Shown here piece after piece: positions 40,039 to 40,892 of a DNA stretch of 40,892 bases. The stretch is from IMG/VR virus record IMGVR_UViG_3300022748_000009, positions 1 through 40,892 of that record; one strand, 5' to 3'. Within the stretch, counting starts at the first letter, position 1; each line of letters starts with the position of its first letter. Made by a program: the position numbers and the translations under genes. Source of the stretch: a virus. A model generated the notes under the pieces. That model was not told the origin of the DNA and ran no database searches. It saw nothing but the letters and a program-made list of their open reading frames with translations.

Positions 40039-40892
40039 CCCAACGCTGCTGCAATACCTCACACCAGAGGAGCTTGCGGAGCTTGACTCACTGCTGACCA
40101 GCGACAAGACCATCTGGCGACCATTGGAAGGGCCGCAGACGATGGCCTATGAGTCCGAGGCTGACATCATTGGCTACGGTGGTGCTGCGGGTGGTGGCAA
40201 GACCGACTTGGCCTGTGGAAAGAGCCTGACGCGCCACCGCAAGATCGGCATCTTTCGCCAGAACGGCACTGAGCTGACTGGTGTGATTGACCGATTCACA
40301 GACCTGCTCAAAACCCGCAACGGCTACAACGGCCAGCAAAACATCTGGCGCACCTCACGCGCTGATGGCGTGCGAATCCAGATCGAGTTTGGCTCGTTCC
40401 CAAACCTCGGTGACGAAAAGAAGTACCAAGGTCGGCCGCACGACCTGCTGGTGTTTGACGAAGCTGCCAACATGCGCGAGGAGCAAGTGCGCTTCTTGCT
40501 GGGCTGGCTGCGTACAACCGTGCCAAACCAGCCATGCCAAGCGCTGATGACGTTCAACCCACCGACCACAGCCGAAGGGCGCTGGATTATCAAATACTTT
40601 GGGCCGTGGCTCGACAAGAAGCACCCCAACCCCGCCAAGGCTGGCGAGCTGCGCTGGTTTGCCACGGTGGCTGGCAAAGACTTTGAGGTGGCCGATGGCC
40701 GCGAGTTCGTCATCGTCAAGGGTGAGAACATCTACGACTTTGACCGCGACAAGTTCGAGAAGGCTGAGATCATCAAGCCCATGTCGCGCACCTTCATCCC
40801 TTCGCGAATCAGCGACAACCCTTACTTGCTTGGGACTGGCTACATGGCAACACTGCAATCACTACCAGAGCCACTGCGCTCACAGATGCTCA
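40022..40892 (+). CDS. terL: Terminase large subunit, N-terminal ATPase part; runs off the window end and continues at base 128
   Basis: The ATG at 40022 overlaps the terS stop (40036-40038). The frame is open to the window end, so it is absent from the ORF track. Walker A-like GGAAGGGKT lies near 40175-40203 and Walker B-like LLVFDEA near 40444-40464. Confidence 0.85.
   Translation, partial: MAQVFDPTLLQYLTPEELAELDSLLTSDKTIWRPLEGPQTMAYESEADIIGYGGAAGGGKTDLACGKSLTRHRKIGIFRQNGTELTGVIDRFTDLLKTRNGYNGQQNIWRTSRADGVRIQIEFGSFPNLGDEKKYQGRPHDLLVFDEAANMREEQVRFLLGWLRTTVPNQPCQALMTFNPPTTAEGRWIIKYFGPWLDKKHPNPAKAGELRWFATVAGKDFEVADGREFVIVKGENIYDFDRDKFEKAEIIKPMSRTFIPSRISDNPYLLGTGYMATLQSLPEPLRSQML
40766..40892. 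repeat. Terminal overlap copy 2, identical to 1-127
   Basis: Same comparison as for 1-127. Confidence 0.95.

Overview
The window is a complete, closed phage genome. Bases 1-127 are identical to 40766-40892, so the unique length is 40,765 bp, and the large terminase gene reads in frame across that join. There are two transcription arms. A long rightward arm runs from 33088 across the junction to 29492. It carries a Cro-like HTH gene, rusA, ssb, MazG-like genes, a DUF1376/DnaT-like replication initiator with internal iteron-like repeats, many small unknown genes, terS/terL, the portal, head genes, T7-like adaptor and nozzle genes, three internal core proteins, tail fibres and a lysis cassette. 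A short leftward arm (32939 to 29577) carries a YqaJ-type exonuclease, RecT, an AlpA-like HTH protein and a lipoprotein. The arms diverge at an A/T-rich control region (32940-33087) and converge on a hairpin terminator (29543-29578). From memory, the head genes resemble the Bordetella BPP-1 type (Bbp19-like protein, scaffold, major capsid, cement-like protein). The tail is podovirus-like, with no tape measure or sheath. I saw no integrase, CI-type repressor, DNA or RNA polymerase, tRNA, CRISPR array or reverse transcriptase.

The most interesting observations:
- Four exact copies of GGTGACCGTA, each followed after exactly 17 nt by TAnnnT. They sit at the heads of the virion gene modules and are candidate phage-specific late promoters with no recognisable reader.
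- A 2845-aa polyvalent internal virion protein with an ART-PolyVal-like ADP-ribosyltransferase region and an HExxH zincin region.
- A small Dps/ferritin-like protein in the head module with all four ferroxidase ligands at E. coli Dps spacing.
- A fusion of an aspartyl beta-hydroxylase-like cupin to a GNAT domain, between terL and the portal gene.
- An A/T-richer island of small membrane or secreted proteins upstream of the holin.
- A recurring GTTGA/ATCATCA operator-like motif in the early region.

All family assignments come from motif recognition by eye. No database search was run.
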